Shown here: piece after piece, positions 38,773 through 49,403 of the stretch
Position numbering within the stretch: the stretch's first letter is position 1
How the letters are laid out: each line of letters starts with the position of its first letter
Assembly: GCA_963830105.1 (NCBI GenBank)
Contig: CAWHLH010000003.1
Coordinates: forward strand, 648,646-712,645
Direction of reading: 5' to 3'
Length of the DNA stretch: 64,000 nucleotides
Origin: an uncultured Gammaproteobacteria bacterium
GTDB taxonomy: Bacteria; Pseudomonadota; Gammaproteobacteria; DATFLG01
The notes under the pieces: generated by a model
Told to the model about the DNA's origin: nothing
Database searches by the model: none
The model's input: the letters and a program-made list of their open reading frames with translations, nothing else
Translations under genes and position numbers: made by a program

Positions 38773-39228
38773 GCGAAAGGCTCCCAGTTCGACACCAAGC
38801 GCGGCGGTCACGTGCGCGGCAGGTAGGCGCAACACCCTCCCGGTGTGCGCACCGGACGTGCGTCGATCACTGCAGCGGACTGTACGAATCTCGACTCGGC
38901 AAAGATGCCGGCGGTCTTTGGGTGTTTGCAGTCAAGAGATCCAAAAAATCTAGCCGGTCGAGCACCTGACATCGGGGCACGGCATCAATTCTTGCTTTGG
39001 AGGGTATCGTTCCGATATCCGGATCGCTGCAGGATTCACATGGCGCGGCGTGATCCGCTCGATCAGTCGTAATCCGTCACGCAAACCTGAAATTCGTCGC
39101 GCGGCGTATAAAGACCTTAAAGGATGCGGCCGTGATGTGCAAGTTGCGGGACGCCTGACAAAGCGTCCAAACCCATGAATCGGCCGGCAATTACGCCAAT
39201 AACCCCGGTCAAGGGACAGAAGCCCACC

Positions 39229-39256
39229 TTGACAGGAACGCAGCAATTGCTAGCGT
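39229..39256 (+). promoter_or_regulatory. Putative sigma70 promoter for the GreA-like gene
   Basis: TTGACA-16 bp-TAGCGT, about 200 nt upstream of the ATG. Confidence 0.5.
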
Positions 39257-39464
39257 GGAGTTGCCAGACGCTGATTCGTTCAACACAGAGAATCCCCGAT
39301 CAACGGGGTCCGGCAGGCGACAGCCGGCAATCCTTCACAACCGTCTTCGCGAACATCCTCAAGGACGAACGTCGGGAACGGACTGAAACGGCAGACTTCG
39401 ATCTGCTACCCGCCTGTTCGACCGTTGCACCCGACACCGCTCCATGGTCCCAGGAGATTGGCCG

Positions 39465-39938
39465 ATGACTACGCCATTGACAGCAAAAGGTGCACAGCGC
39501 CTGCGCGAGGAACTGTACCAACTCGAGCACACGCAACGAGCCAGCGCTACCGAGGCGGTGGTATCCGCCCGCGCCCACGGCGATATGGGAGAGAATCCCG
39601 AATACAACGCCGCCAAGGAACAGCAGACGTTGGTGGAGAACCGGATCGCTCACCTGAAGGCGCGCCTCGCAAAAGCCCGCATCATCGATACCGCGCTGTT
39701 GCACAACGACGGACATGTGCGCTTCGGAAGCATTGCAACGGTATGCGACCTCGACAGCGGCGAGACATTCACGTACCAGCTGGTGGGCGAAGACGAGTCT
39801 GATATCACCGCCGGCCGGATTTCCGTGGAAGCGCCGTTGGCACGAGGGATGCTCGGCAAAGCGGAAGCCGATCTCGCCGTGGTAGACACGCCCGGCGGGA
39901 CCAAACATTACGAAATCCTGTCGGTACGTTCCGAATGA
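39465..39938 (+). CDS. greA: Transcription elongation factor GreA-like protein
   Basis: LTAKGAQRLREEL, HGDMGENPEYNAAKEQQ (acidic tip D and E kept), RFGSIATV, ISVEAPLARGMLGK and TPGG. AGGAG RBS. Confidence 0.85.
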   Translation: MTTPLTAKGAQRLREELYQLEHTQRASATEAVVSARAHGDMGENPEYNAAKEQQTLVENRIAHLKARLAKARIIDTALLHNDGHVRFGSIATVCDLDSGETFTYQLVGEDESDITAGRISVEAPLARGMLGKAEADLAVVDTPGGTKHYEILSVRSE

Positions 39939-39956
39939 ACGAACCTGTCCCAGAGT

Positions 39957-41282
39957 TCAAGTCTGCGCTGCAGAAACCTCGTCGTGAGCCTCGGACGCCG
40001 CCTGACGCATGTGCCGGCCGCCAAAAATCAGTTGCGCGGTGGCACCCTTGCCTTCCTCGCTTTCGATCTGGATCGACCAGCCGTAACGCGTGCAGATCCG
40101 TTTGACCAGCGAGAGCCCTATCCCGACCCCCTTGCTGGCGGTGCCCCGATAATGGCGCTTGAATACCTGGTCCAGGTCGGCGCCGGGAATGCCGATACCG
40201 GTGTCGCGAACCGTCACCCGGTCCGTATCCAGTTCGACATGGATCTCGCCGCTTTCAGTATAGGTACAGGCATTTCTGATCAGGTTTCCCAACACGATGC
40301 CCAGCACAGATCTATCCACGGACAGTGTGGGCCGTGCCTGGATGGCGACCGTCACCTCCACCGATTTGCCTGCCAGCAGGTAACGATGGCTCTCCACGGT
40401 GTCGCTGAGCACTTCCTCGACACTGCATTCGCCGGCCGGACGCGCACTGTCGAACTTCTCCCGTGCCAACACCAGCAATGCCTCCGTCAGCTCGGACATG
40501 CCCCGGCCGGCCCGCGCAACCCGCTGCACCCGTTGGCGCGCACGGCCTTCCAGGGATGCATCGCTCAACAGCACCTCGGTAGCCCCGTTGATCACCGTCA
40601 ACGGGGTACGCAGTTCGTGGCTCACATCTTCAGTGAAGGAACGCTCGCGCTCGACGAACGCCTGTATTCTCTCCAGATAGTGGTCGAACACCCGCGCCAG
40701 CTCGCCGACTTCATCCGCCGAAAAATCACCGGCCAACGCATCAGCGCCCCCGTCGGAAGGCAGGCCGCGGACGCGGCGCGCCAGTTCCGTCACCGGAGAG
40801 ATCACCCGGGCGGCTAGCCACAACCCGCCGATCGCCGAGACAATGATCATGATCAGCACCGAAAGAGCCAGCGCCACCACGAACGACTCTTCCACGTGGC
40901 TGAACTGAGTCTGGTCGTAAAGCAGGTAATAGCGGGCCCCGTCGCGATCGGTAACCGCGACCCGGTAGAGGATGTCTCCAAGATACAGTTCGTATCGCCC
41001 CGGCTCGAGGGCGGCAACCCTCGAAGGGATGCCTACGGCGGGCTTGTCCAGGGTACGGATGTAGCCCTTGACCGCAGCCGTGGCAGGCGGAGTGGAAGCG
41101 GGATTGCGCTGACGCCGGTTCACGAAATCGTGCAACTCGGACGTCAGCGTATCGTCGATCAGGCGCTCTTCGATCTTGTGAGCCGCGAGATACAGCCCCC
41201 CGGCCAGCATGAGGCTGACCGTTCCTCCCAGTAGCGCAAATGCCAGTGCGACGCGATACCGGAGGCTATGTCGAAACCGCAT
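39957..41282 (-). CDS. Membrane sensor histidine kinase (ColS-like; HAMP-HisKA-HATPase)
   Basis: Two TM segments, ERSFTEDVSHELRTPL, NLIRNA, DTGIGI and GIGLSLVKRIC. Confidence 0.9.
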   Translation of the reverse strand: MRFRHSLRYRVALAFALLGGTVSLMLAGGLYLAAHKIEERLIDDTLTSELHDFVNRRQRNPASTPPATAAVKGYIRTLDKPAVGIPSRVAALEPGRYELYLGDILYRVAVTDRDGARYYLLYDQTQFSHVEESFVVALALSVLIMIIVSAIGGLWLAARVISPVTELARRVRGLPSDGGADALAGDFSADEVGELARVFDHYLERIQAFVERERSFTEDVSHELRTPLTVINGATEVLLSDASLEGRARQRVQRVARAGRGMSELTEALLVLAREKFDSARPAGECSVEEVLSDTVESHRYLLAGKSVEVTVAIQARPTLSVDRSVLGIVLGNLIRNACTYTESGEIHVELDTDRVTVRDTGIGIPGADLDQVFKRHYRGTASKGVGIGLSLVKRICTRYGWSIQIESEEGKGATAQLIFGGRHMRQAASEAHDEVSAAQT

Positions 41283-41952
41283 TCGGATCTACCAAGCGGT
41301 AGCCGACACCACGCACGGTTCGAAGTAGAGCCTGAGTGAACGGCTTGTCGATAGCCGTACGCAGCACGTGCATATGTGCGCGCAGGGCATCGCTGTCAGG
41401 CAGCGCACCCGCCCAGATTTCATGCTCGATTTCGGCACGCGTCACAATGCGTGGGGCACGCCGCATGAGCAGCGTCAGGATACGCAGGGGAATGCGGGGC
41501 AGCTCGATGGACTGGCCTCCCCTGCTGAGCTGCAGAGTCTCGGTGTCCAGTTCCAGGTCGGCGACCTGCAGCTGGCGCTGACCCATCTGGTTGCGGGCGC
41601 GGTGAATCAACGCCATCAGGCGGGCTTCGAGTTCCTGGAGGGCAAACGGCTTGACCAGGTAATCGTCAGCGCCGCTTGCGAAACCCTCGAGCTTGTCCTG
41701 CAGGGTATCGCGCGCGGTAAGCATCAGTACCGGTGTGTCACGACCGGACTGGCGCAGTTGGTTGCACAGCTCGCGCCCATCCATCCCCGGCAGCATCAGA
41801 TCCAACACCAGGGCGTCGTACTGGCCCTGGGTCGCCATCTGCAGCCCGCTGGCGGCATTGAACGCACTGTCGATACGGTGACCGGCTGCTTCGAAGAAGT
41901 CGCGCAGGTTGGCCACCAGGTCCGGATTGTCTTCAACGACGAGTAGTTTCAT
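41266..41952 (-). CDS. OmpR-family response regulator (ColR-like)
   Basis: LLVVEDN, VLDLMLPGMDG, LMLTARD, GADDYLVKPF and LRTVRGVGYRL. Confidence 0.92.
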   Translation of the reverse strand: MKLLVVEDNPDLVANLRDFFEAAGHRIDSAFNAASGLQMATQGQYDALVLDLMLPGMDGRELCNQLRQSGRDTPVLMLTARDTLQDKLEGFASGADDYLVKPFALQELEARLMALIHRARNQMGQRQLQVADLELDTETLQLSRGGQSIELPRIPLRILTLLMRRAPRIVTRAEIEHEIWAGALPDSDALRAHMHVLRTAIDKPFTQALLRTVRGVGYRLVDPNAVST

Positions 41953-42315
41953 AGGTTTATGATTTTACCATGCAATGCAGGACCTCTCCACCGGCTGCCG
42001 GGCGGCTAAGCCCATCCACCGGCGCAAGACGCGCACCTGCGATCCACCACTGGACCGTCGACACACTTGCGTGCCCCGACGACCCCCCTACTGGGGTCCG
42101 CACCGGATCCCGGGAAATCCCTGCAACAGGGAGCCCACAAAGGACCGGCAACACCCAGCTTGCCCGTGACACAGCTCCTGGCATTTATCGCAACAACCTG
42201 TTCCAGTTAACAATTACCCTGTTGGCGCCACTGCTAACACCGCCCCGCCGTATACAGGTATACTGCGACAATCTTGCCGTAACCATTCCCCCCTACCGTC
42301 GTTCCGGAGGCCCCG

Positions 42316-43773
42316 TTGAAGCGCAGACCGGCTTTGGGCATCGCTACGCTTACCGCCCTGCTCACATGGCCCGCCATGGCCTGGGCCACCGACCAGACCA
42401 CCCTGGATCTCACCCGCAGCACCGTGGGCTACGCTGCCCTGACTCTGTTTGCGGGCGCCTACCTCCTTGTAATGGCAGAAGAATTCACGGATTTGAGGAA
42501 ATCCAAACCGGTCATTCTCGCGGCCGGCATCATTTGGGGAATGATTGCTTACGCCTACCACCAGCACGGATCACCGGCGCTGGTCGAGGACGCACTGCGG
42601 CACAACCTCTTAGAGTTCTCAGAACTCTTTCTGTTCCTTCTCGCGGCCATGACATACGTAAATGCCATGGGCGAGCGGCTGGTTTTCGAAGCGCTGCGCT
42701 CCAAATTGGTGCGCATGGGGTTCGGTTACCGCCAGTTGTTCTGGCTGACCGGGGCGCTGGCCTTCTTTCTTTCACCTTTTCTAGACAATCTGACCACCGC
42801 CCTGGTGCTGGCGGCGGTGGTACTGGCCGTGGGCAGGAACAGCCCCCGCTTCGTGAGCCTGGGGTGCGTGAACATCGTGGTGGCCGCCAATGCCGGCGGC
42901 GCCTTCAGCCCGTTCGGCGACATCACCACCCTGATGGTGTGGCAGAAGGGCTTCGTCCATTTCTGGACCTTCTTCTCGCTGTTCGTCCCGGCATTGGTCA
43001 ATTTTGTGGTGCCGGCGGCGCTGATGCACTTCGCCGTGCCCAGAGGTCAGCCCGACGCCGAGGGCAAACCGGTACGACTGCGCCGCGGCGGCGGAACGAT
43101 CATCTTCCTGTTCGCCTGCACGGTGGGCACCGCGGTGGCGTTCCACAACTTTCTGGGCCTGCCTCCCGTGTTGGGAATGATGACCGGGCTGGCCTACCTG
43201 CAATTCTACGGCTACTACCTGAAGGTGACCCACAAGCCGTCACCGGCCGACCGCGACGATTACGGTCAAGCCGGAGATATGGTACCCATTGCCGGTGGCG
43301 AAGAGCGCTTCGACGTGTTCCGCCGACTGGCGCAGTCGGAGTGGGATACCCTGCTGTTCTTTTATGGCGTAGTGCTCTGCGTGGGCGGCCTGGGCTTTCT
43401 GGGCTACCTGACCCTGGTCTCCGAGGCCATGTACGTCCACATCGGTGCCACCTACGCCAACATCATGGTCGGGCTGCTGTCGTCCGTGGTAGACAACATA
43501 CCGGTCATGTTCGCGGTACTGACCATGCAGCCGGACATGTCCGTGGGCCAATGGCTGCTGGTGACCCTGACCGCCGGTGTCGGCGGCAGCCTGCTGTCGG
43601 TCGGCTCGGCGGCCGGTGTCGCCCTCATGGGTCAGGCACGCGGCAGATATACGTTCTTCAGCCACCTCAAGTGGACGCCTGCGGTGCTGGCCGGCTATGC
43701 GGCCAGCATTGCAGTGCACTTGTGGATCAATGCCAGCGCCTTCACGGCTCCCGCCGCGGCGCTGGCTCACTAG
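42316..43773 (+). CDS. nhaD: Na+/H+ antiporter NhaD
   Basis: AEEFTDLRKSKPV, FLLAAMTYVNAM, LSPFLDNLTTAL, ANAGGAFSPFGDITTLMVW, LSSVVDNIP and GGSLLSVGSAAGV. Confidence 0.93.
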   Translation: MKRRPALGIATLTALLTWPAMAWATDQTTLDLTRSTVGYAALTLFAGAYLLVMAEEFTDLRKSKPVILAAGIIWGMIAYAYHQHGSPALVEDALRHNLLEFSELFLFLLAAMTYVNAMGERLVFEALRSKLVRMGFGYRQLFWLTGALAFFLSPFLDNLTTALVLAAVVLAVGRNSPRFVSLGCVNIVVAANAGGAFSPFGDITTLMVWQKGFVHFWTFFSLFVPALVNFVVPAALMHFAVPRGQPDAEGKPVRLRRGGGTIIFLFACTVGTAVAFHNFLGLPPVLGMMTGLAYLQFYGYYLKVTHKPSPADRDDYGQAGDMVPIAGGEERFDVFRRLAQSEWDTLLFFYGVVLCVGGLGFLGYLTLVSEAMYVHIGATYANIMVGLLSSVVDNIPVMFAVLTMQPDMSVGQWLLVTLTAGVGGSLLSVGSAAGVALMGQARGRYTFFSHLKWTPAVLAGYAASIAVHLWINASAFTAPAAALAH

Positions 43774-43875
43774 CCCGCTGCGGGGCCCGTCGACAAACCG
43801 TCGCAGGCTGAGCTAAGCATTGCCAAACACGACAGGACGTGCGCGACGACAACCCGGCGATAGAACCGAGTCGCC

Positions 43876-44601
43876 CTACTCTTCCCCCGTCCCTGACTCC
43901 AGCGCTGTCCAGACACACGATCCGCTGGCGGCGGCGATGGCCTCAAGGCGGCGCGCATGGGCGGCCATTTCTTCCGCATCCGCCCGAATCACCCGCAGGG
44001 GCGCCCGTCCGGGAGCCAGCGGCCGGATCGCGCGCGCTCCCGTGTGCGTCGCTCCGCTATGGCCGTCCAGGGACAGCGTCACCTGGCCGCCGGTCATGGC
44101 CAGATAGACGTCCGCCAGAATCTCCGCATCCAGCAGCGCGCCGTGCAGATCGCGATGGCTGTTGTCGATGGCATAGCGCTTGCAAAGCGCATCGAGGCTA
44201 TTGCGCTGGCCGGGGTGCAACTGGCGGGCCAACGCCAGGGTGTCAAGCACACCGCAATGATCGGCCACCACGCCATGCTCCGCATCCAGCAACGCCAGTT
44301 CGCTGTTCAGAAACGCCACGTCGAACGGCGCGTTGTGGATGATCAGTTCCGCGCCGTCCACGAACGCCAGAAAGTCGTCCACCACGTCCGCGAAGTGCGG
44401 CTTGTCAGCCAGGAACTCATTGGTGATACCGTGCACCTCCACGGCGCCCGGATCGATTTCCCGATCCGGTTGCAAGTATTGATGGTAGGTATTGCCCGTC
44501 AGCCGACGGCTGGAAAGCTCCACACAGCCGATTTCGATGATCCTGTGGCCCTGGGAGGGCTCCAGTCCGGTCGTTTCCGTATCCAGCACGATTTGACGCA
44601 T
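43876..44601 (-). CDS. dnaQ: DNA polymerase III epsilon subunit
   Basis: MRQIVLDTETTG, LIIHNAPFD, SLDALCKRY and HGALLDAEILA. Confidence 0.96.
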   Translation of the reverse strand: MRQIVLDTETTGLEPSQGHRIIEIGCVELSSRRLTGNTYHQYLQPDREIDPGAVEVHGITNEFLADKPHFADVVDDFLAFVDGAELIIHNAPFDVAFLNSELALLDAEHGVVADHCGVLDTLALARQLHPGQRNSLDALCKRYAIDNSHRDLHGALLDAEILADVYLAMTGGQVTLSLDGHSGATHTGARAIRPLAPGRAPLRVIRADAEEMAAHARRLEAIAAASGSCVWTALESGTGEE

Positions 44602-44663
44602 GCCATCGTTCCCCTGTCGGCCGCGGCTCTGCGGGTGCGCACGGCCATCCCATCCGGCGCCCC

Positions 44664-45104
44664 TCAGTCGCCCAGCTCGTCGATACCTCGATTCGCCAGC
44701 TGATCGGCGCGCTCGTTTTCCGGATGCCCGGTATGCCCCCTCACCCAGTGCCAGTCCACCTGATGACGACTGGCCGCCGCCTCCAGCTGCTGCCACAGAT
44801 CGGCGTTCTTCACGGGCTTGCGGGCCGATGTCTTCCAACCTCGGCGCTTCCAGTCCGCAAGCCACTCCGTGATGCCTTTGCGCACGTACTGCGAATCGGT
44901 GGTGAGCGTCACCTGGCAAGGTCGTTTCAGGGCCTCCAGCGCGCGGATGGCGGCTGTCAGCTCCATGCGGTTGTTGGTGGTCATGGACTCGCCCCCGTGC
45001 AAGGTCCGCTCATGATCCCCATAGCGCAGCAGCACGCCCCAGCCGCCCGGCCCCGGATTGCCCCGGCAGGCACCGTCGGTGAATACCTCTACCTTATCCA
45101 CCAC
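44664..45104 (-). CDS. rnhA: Ribonuclease HI
   Basis: [37 protein letters not shown] and GHPENERAD. Confidence 0.97.
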   Translation of the reverse strand: MVDKVEVFTDGACRGNPGPGGWGVLLRYGDHERTLHGGESMTTNNRMELTAAIRALEALKRPCQVTLTTDSQYVRKGITEWLADWKRRGWKTSARKPVKNADLWQQLEAAASRHQVDWHWVRGHTGHPENERADQLANRGIDELGD

Positions 45105-45891
45105 GCCCGTACCCCCGATGTGTCGGTCCCGCGATCCCGGCAGCCACGAACCGACGGCGAGGCCGCCAGCGGGGCCGCACCGGCGTCATGCCCGCCACCC
45201 GCTTGCGGGCCAGCAACAGATAGGCTGCTGCGCCCGGCAGCCAGCCGCGGCGCCCGAGACGGTCCAGAAAGGCGAGCCTCTGCAAACTGCCGTGGTTCTT
45301 CAGCGGGGGACGGAAAAACACATGGCGCACTGCGAGGGCGTCGAAACCAAGCAGCGCAAGCCAATCTTTGGCGCGCGTCACACTTATGAAGCGGGCGCAC
45401 CAGGGCAGCTGACCGTACCAGCCCATCAACAGGCGCCGTACCCCCCAACAGCTGAACGGATTGAAGCCGATAATGATCACATGGCCTTCGGGAATCAGGC
45501 ACCGTTCCGCCTCGCGCAGCACCTGGTGGGGATCATCCGCCAATTCCAGGATATGGGGCAGTATCAGCATGTCCAGGCTGTCGGTGGCCATGGGCATCGC
45601 GTCAGCCGCGCCCCACAAGCCCGCGGGGGCAGTCGACTCGCGACGCATGACAACATGATGAGGAATACGGCTTGCACACAGCACATCATCCTGCCAAGGC
45701 GGATCGACCGCCAGCAGGTGGTAACCGAACAGCATGGGCAGGAGTTCATCGAGCGCCTGTGCCTCGGCCGTACCCAGCAGACGGCCCAGGGGCAGCAAAT
45801 ACCATTCCCGCAGGCGCTGGAACGCCGAATCCGGAAGCGTAGTCCTGCGTACCGAGCTCATAGGCAAGGCATCATACCCTATCGACAACAA
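45094..45891 (-). CDS. yafS: Class I SAM-dependent methyltransferase (YafS-like)
   Basis: [28 protein letters not shown] and GFNPFS. Conserved position next to rnhA. Confidence 0.88.
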   Translation of the reverse strand: MLSIGYDALPMSSVRRTTLPDSAFQRLREWYLLPLGRLLGTAEAQALDELLPMLFGYHLLAVDPPWQDDVLCASRIPHHVVMRRESTAPAGLWGAADAMPMATDSLDMLILPHILELADDPHQVLREAERCLIPEGHVIIIGFNPFSCWGVRRLLMGWYGQLPWCARFISVTRAKDWLALLGFDALAVRHVFFRPPLKNHGSLQRLAFLDRLGRRGWLPGAAAYLLLARKRVAGMTPVRPRWRPRRRFVAAGIAGPTHRGYGRGG

Positions 45892-46088
45892 CCTGCCGAC
45901 GGTAAGAAAGCATTAAAGGTTGACCCGGGGTCTGCCGACTGTCAGCATAATACGGATGATACTCAATGATGCTCGCGCACAAGATCCTTGTTCGGCCGAC
46001 ACGTGCACCGACCCGTCGCTCACGGTCGCTCAGTGCGGGCATTTCGCACCGTTCCCCCGCACTCCTCCACAGAATCCGCTTTAGAGCG

Positions 46089-48038
46089 ATGCCACTGCGC
46101 GACCTGTTGATTCTGGCCGGCATCACATTGCTCCTGAACGGGTGCGCGGATTCTCCCTGGCGGCACGGCCTGTTCAAGCCCGCCACGACCGCAACAACCG
46201 CCACCGCAGCACCGTCCGCACCCGGCAATCAGGCCAACGCGGTCGCCAATGGCGCCGCCCGGGCCCGGCCGATGTCAGCCGCCGGCGCTGCGGACACGTC
46301 GGCAGCAAATGGCCTCGCGCATGCACAGCCCACCGCCGATACGGACCCCGCAACGGCCGCCGCCCAGCCAGACACCCACCAGGCCGCCAAGCAGGACCAG
46401 GATCTGTGGGACGCCATGCGGACCGGGTTCCGAATCGACACCACCGCCCATCCCCGCATCAAAACGCAGCTCAGGTGGTACGCCCATCACCAGCGGTATC
46501 TGGACCGGGTCTTCCAACGGGCACGGCCCTATCTGCACTGGATTCTAAAGCAGGTGCAGAAGCGCCATATGCCCACCGAGATCGCCCTGCTGCCGGTGGT
46601 CGAGAGCGCTTTCCGCCCGTTCGCCTATTCTCATGTGCGGGCAGCCGGCCTCTGGCAGTTCATCCCGTCCACCGGGCGCCGCTTCGGCCTCAAGCAGGAC
46701 TGGTGGTACGACGGGCGCCGCGACGTCATCCAGTCCACCAACGCCGCCCTGGATTACCTCCAGCAGCTGCACGACGACTGCAACAACGACTGGCTGCTGG
46801 CCCTCGCCGCCTACAATTCCGGCGAAGGCACGGTGCTGAACGCCATCCGCCACAACGAGCGCAGGGGACTGCCCACCGATTACTGGCATCTGGACCTGCC
46901 CAAGGAAACACGCACCTACGTCCCCAAGCTGCTGGCCCTGCGCGAGGTGGTGGAGCATCCGCACAAATACGGCGTGCAGCTCGAACAGATCGACGACACC
47001 CCTTACCTCACGACGGTGGACACCGGCGGTCAGATCGATCTGGGCCTGGCCGCCAAGCTGGCCGGCATCTCCCTGAAGACGCTCTATCACCTGAACCCGG
47101 GCTTCAACCGTTGGGCCACCGATCCCAACGGGCCGCACCGGCTGGTGCTGCCGATCGACGCCGCCGAGCGCTTCGAGGAAAAGCTGGCAAAGCTGCCCAA
47201 GGATAAGCGCGTGCACTGGAACCGGCATGAGGTGCATTCGGGCGAGACGCTGAGCGGCATCGCCATGCACTACCACACGACGGTCGCCCTGCTGCGCAAG
47301 GTCAACAAGCTGCACGGCAATACGATTCGCGCCGGTCATCACCTGCTGATCCCGGTTGCGAGCCGCCAGTTGGACAAGTACGCCTTCACTGAGATCGAAC
47401 GCCAGCTGCACGCCCAGTCCCGGCGTCGTAGCGGACGCAGGGTGCACTACACCGTCCGCAACGGCGACAGCCTGTGGGTGATAGCCCGTCGCTACCGCGT
47501 TGGCGTACGCCAGCTGGCGCACTGGAACGGCATGGCAACGCGCGATGCCCTGCACATCGGCCAGAAACTGGTCGTGTGGCTGCATCATCCGCGCCGGCAC
47601 TATCAACGTTCCGCCCACGCCACCACGTCAGCGCATGCTGGCGGCCACCAGGCTCAATACACGGTTCGAAAGGGCGACAGCCTGTGGGTCATCGCGCAGC
47701 GCTATCACGTCGGGGTCCATCAGCTGGCCGCCTGGAACGGCATGGCGAACCGGGACGCTCTGCACATCGGCCAGAAACTGGTATTGCGCCCCAATTCGGG
47801 CAGTCACGACCATGAGCGCACGGCCAGTATCGCCCCGGACAACCTGCCCGCGCCGGTGGTGCAAACCGTGCGCTACACGGTCCATCGAGGCGACTCCCTG
47901 TCCGCCATTTCCCAACGCTTTCGGGTCAGTGTGACCGAGCTGCGGCGTTGGAACGATCTGCACAAACACGAGTACCTTCAACCCGGACAGGAGCTGAAGG
48001 TGTTCGTGGATGTCACCCGTCAGGCTGACAACAGCTGA
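46089..48038 (+). CDS. mltD: Membrane-bound lytic murein transglycosylase D with four LysM domains
   Basis: Lipobox LLNGC, LLPVVESAF, AAGLWQFIPSTG, ALAAYNSGEG and ETRTYVPKL, plus four LysM repeats. Confidence 0.93.
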   Translation: MPLRDLLILAGITLLLNGCADSPWRHGLFKPATTATTATAAPSAPGNQANAVANGAARARPMSAAGAADTSAANGLAHAQPTADTDPATAAAQPDTHQAAKQDQDLWDAMRTGFRIDTTAHPRIKTQLRWYAHHQRYLDRVFQRARPYLHWILKQVQKRHMPTEIALLPVVESAFRPFAYSHVRAAGLWQFIPSTGRRFGLKQDWWYDGRRDVIQSTNAALDYLQQLHDDCNNDWLLALAAYNSGEGTVLNAIRHNERRGLPTDYWHLDLPKETRTYVPKLLALREVVEHPHKYGVQLEQIDDTPYLTTVDTGGQIDLGLAAKLAGISLKTLYHLNPGFNRWATDPNGPHRLVLPIDAAERFEEKLAKLPKDKRVHWNRHEVHSGETLSGIAMHYHTTVALLRKVNKLHGNTIRAGHHLLIPVASRQLDKYAFTEIERQLHAQSRRRSGRRVHYTVRNGDSLWVIARRYRVGVRQLAHWNGMATRDALHIGQKLVVWLHHPRRHYQRSAHATTSAHAGGHQAQYTVRKGDSLWVIAQRYHVGVHQLAAWNGMANRDALHIGQKLVLRPNSGSHDHERTASIAPDNLPAPVVQTVRYTVHRGDSLSAISQRFRVSVTELRRWNDLHKHEYLQPGQELKVFVDVTRQADNS

Positions 48039-48125
48039 ACGCAACGGGGCCGGCTATACGCCGGCCCCGTCCCTCCGATCGACAACCGGGACACTGCCCG
48101 AAGCGCAGCCTCGTTTGATAGGCAT

Positions 48126-49319
48126 TCAGGCCCGGGAGTCTGCTGCGTAGGCGGCACGCGCGGCCGCCACAGCCTGGCCGGATTCGATGGCAGCGCCCAT
48201 GTCGCTCAGCACGGCATCCAGCGCGCCAAGGCACAACAACACATTGCGACGGCTGCTGGCGTAGCCCATCAACCCGATCCGCCAGATCCTGCCCGCCATG
48301 GCGCCCAGACCGGCGCCGATTTCCAGGCTGTACTCCTCCAGGAGCTGGGAACGGACCCTGGCATCGTCCACCCCTTCCGGGATGGTCACCGCGTTGAGTT
48401 GGGGCAGGCGCTCGTCCGGCTGAACCACGAACTGCAGACCCATGGCCTCGATGCCGGCCCGCAGTGCCTCATGGTTGCGTCGATGACGGCTCCAGGCCAT
48501 TTCGATGCCTTCTTCCCGCAGCAGCACCAAGGCTTCGTGCAACGCATACAGCGTATTGATGGGCGCGGTGTGGTGATAAGCCCGCTTGCCGCCGCTCCCC
48601 CAGTATCCCAACACCAGGCTGAGGTCCAGGAACCAGCTCTGCACCTTGTGGCTGCGGTTCTTGACCACTTCCATGGCCCGCTCGCTGAAGGTCACCGGGG
48701 ACAGCCCGGGAACGCACGAAAGGCACTTCTGGGTCCCCGAATACACTGCGTCCACCCCCCACTCGTCCACCAGCACCGGGGTGCCTCCCAGGGAGGTCAC
48801 CGCATCCATGATGGTGAGACAGTCGTGGCGCTGCGCCGCCTCGGCGAGGGCCTTGGCGTCGGATTGAGCGCCGGTGGACGTTTCGGCATGCACGAAGGCC
48901 AGAATCTTCGCGTCGGGGTGGGCCTTGAGAGCGTCCTCGACCTTGTTGGGATCCACCGCGCTGCCCCACGGATCTTCCACCATCACGGCCGTACCGCCGC
49001 AGCGCTCGACGTTCTCCTTCATGCGTCCGCCGAACACACCGTTCTGGCAAACGACCACCTTGTCCCCGGGTTCCACCAGATTCACGAAACAGGCCTCCAT
49101 GCCTGCCGATCCCGGAGCGGAAACGGGCATGGTGAGCGTGTTTTCGGTCTGGAAGGCGTAGCGCAGCAACTCCTTGAGCTCGTCCATCATGGCGACGAAC
49201 GCCGGGTCCAGGTGTCCGATGATCGGGCGCCCCATGGCCTCCAGGATGCGAGGGTTGACGTCCGAGGGTCCGGGGCCCATCAGGGTGCGCACCGGCGGAT
49301 GAAACGACTGGATGCTCAT
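48126..49319 (-). CDS. Alanine-glyoxylate/serine-pyruvate aminotransferase (class V PLP enzyme)
   Basis: RTLMGPGPSDV, SAPGSAGME, NGVFGGRM, VHAETSTG, DAVTSLGG, SGTQKCLS and WRIGLMG. Confidence 0.92.
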   Translation of the reverse strand: MSIQSFHPPVRTLMGPGPSDVNPRILEAMGRPIIGHLDPAFVAMMDELKELLRYAFQTENTLTMPVSAPGSAGMEACFVNLVEPGDKVVVCQNGVFGGRMKENVERCGGTAVMVEDPWGSAVDPNKVEDALKAHPDAKILAFVHAETSTGAQSDAKALAEAAQRHDCLTIMDAVTSLGGTPVLVDEWGVDAVYSGTQKCLSCVPGLSPVTFSERAMEVVKNRSHKVQSWFLDLSLVLGYWGSGGKRAYHHTAPINTLYALHEALVLLREEGIEMAWSRHRRNHEALRAGIEAMGLQFVVQPDERLPQLNAVTIPEGVDDARVRSQLLEEYSLEIGAGLGAMAGRIWRIGLMGYASSRRNVLLCLGALDAVLSDMGAAIESGQAVAAARAAYAADSRA

Positions 49320-49403
49320 GGGTCTCCTCTTGAGTTTTGATAGCGGGGCGAACGGAAAAACCGCCAGTTTAGCATCTTGTGGATCGCCATTAACCACACC
49401 CGA

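Noticed and set aside
38960-39000. Sigma54 promoter in the ectA-greA spacer
   Set aside because: The GG to GC distance is 11 nt instead of the required 10.
41953-42315. Possible Na+/Li+ riboswitch (nhaA-type or DUF1646 motif) upstream of nhaD
   Set aside because: I could not match conserved motif nucleotides by eye. An Infernal/Rfam scan would settle it.
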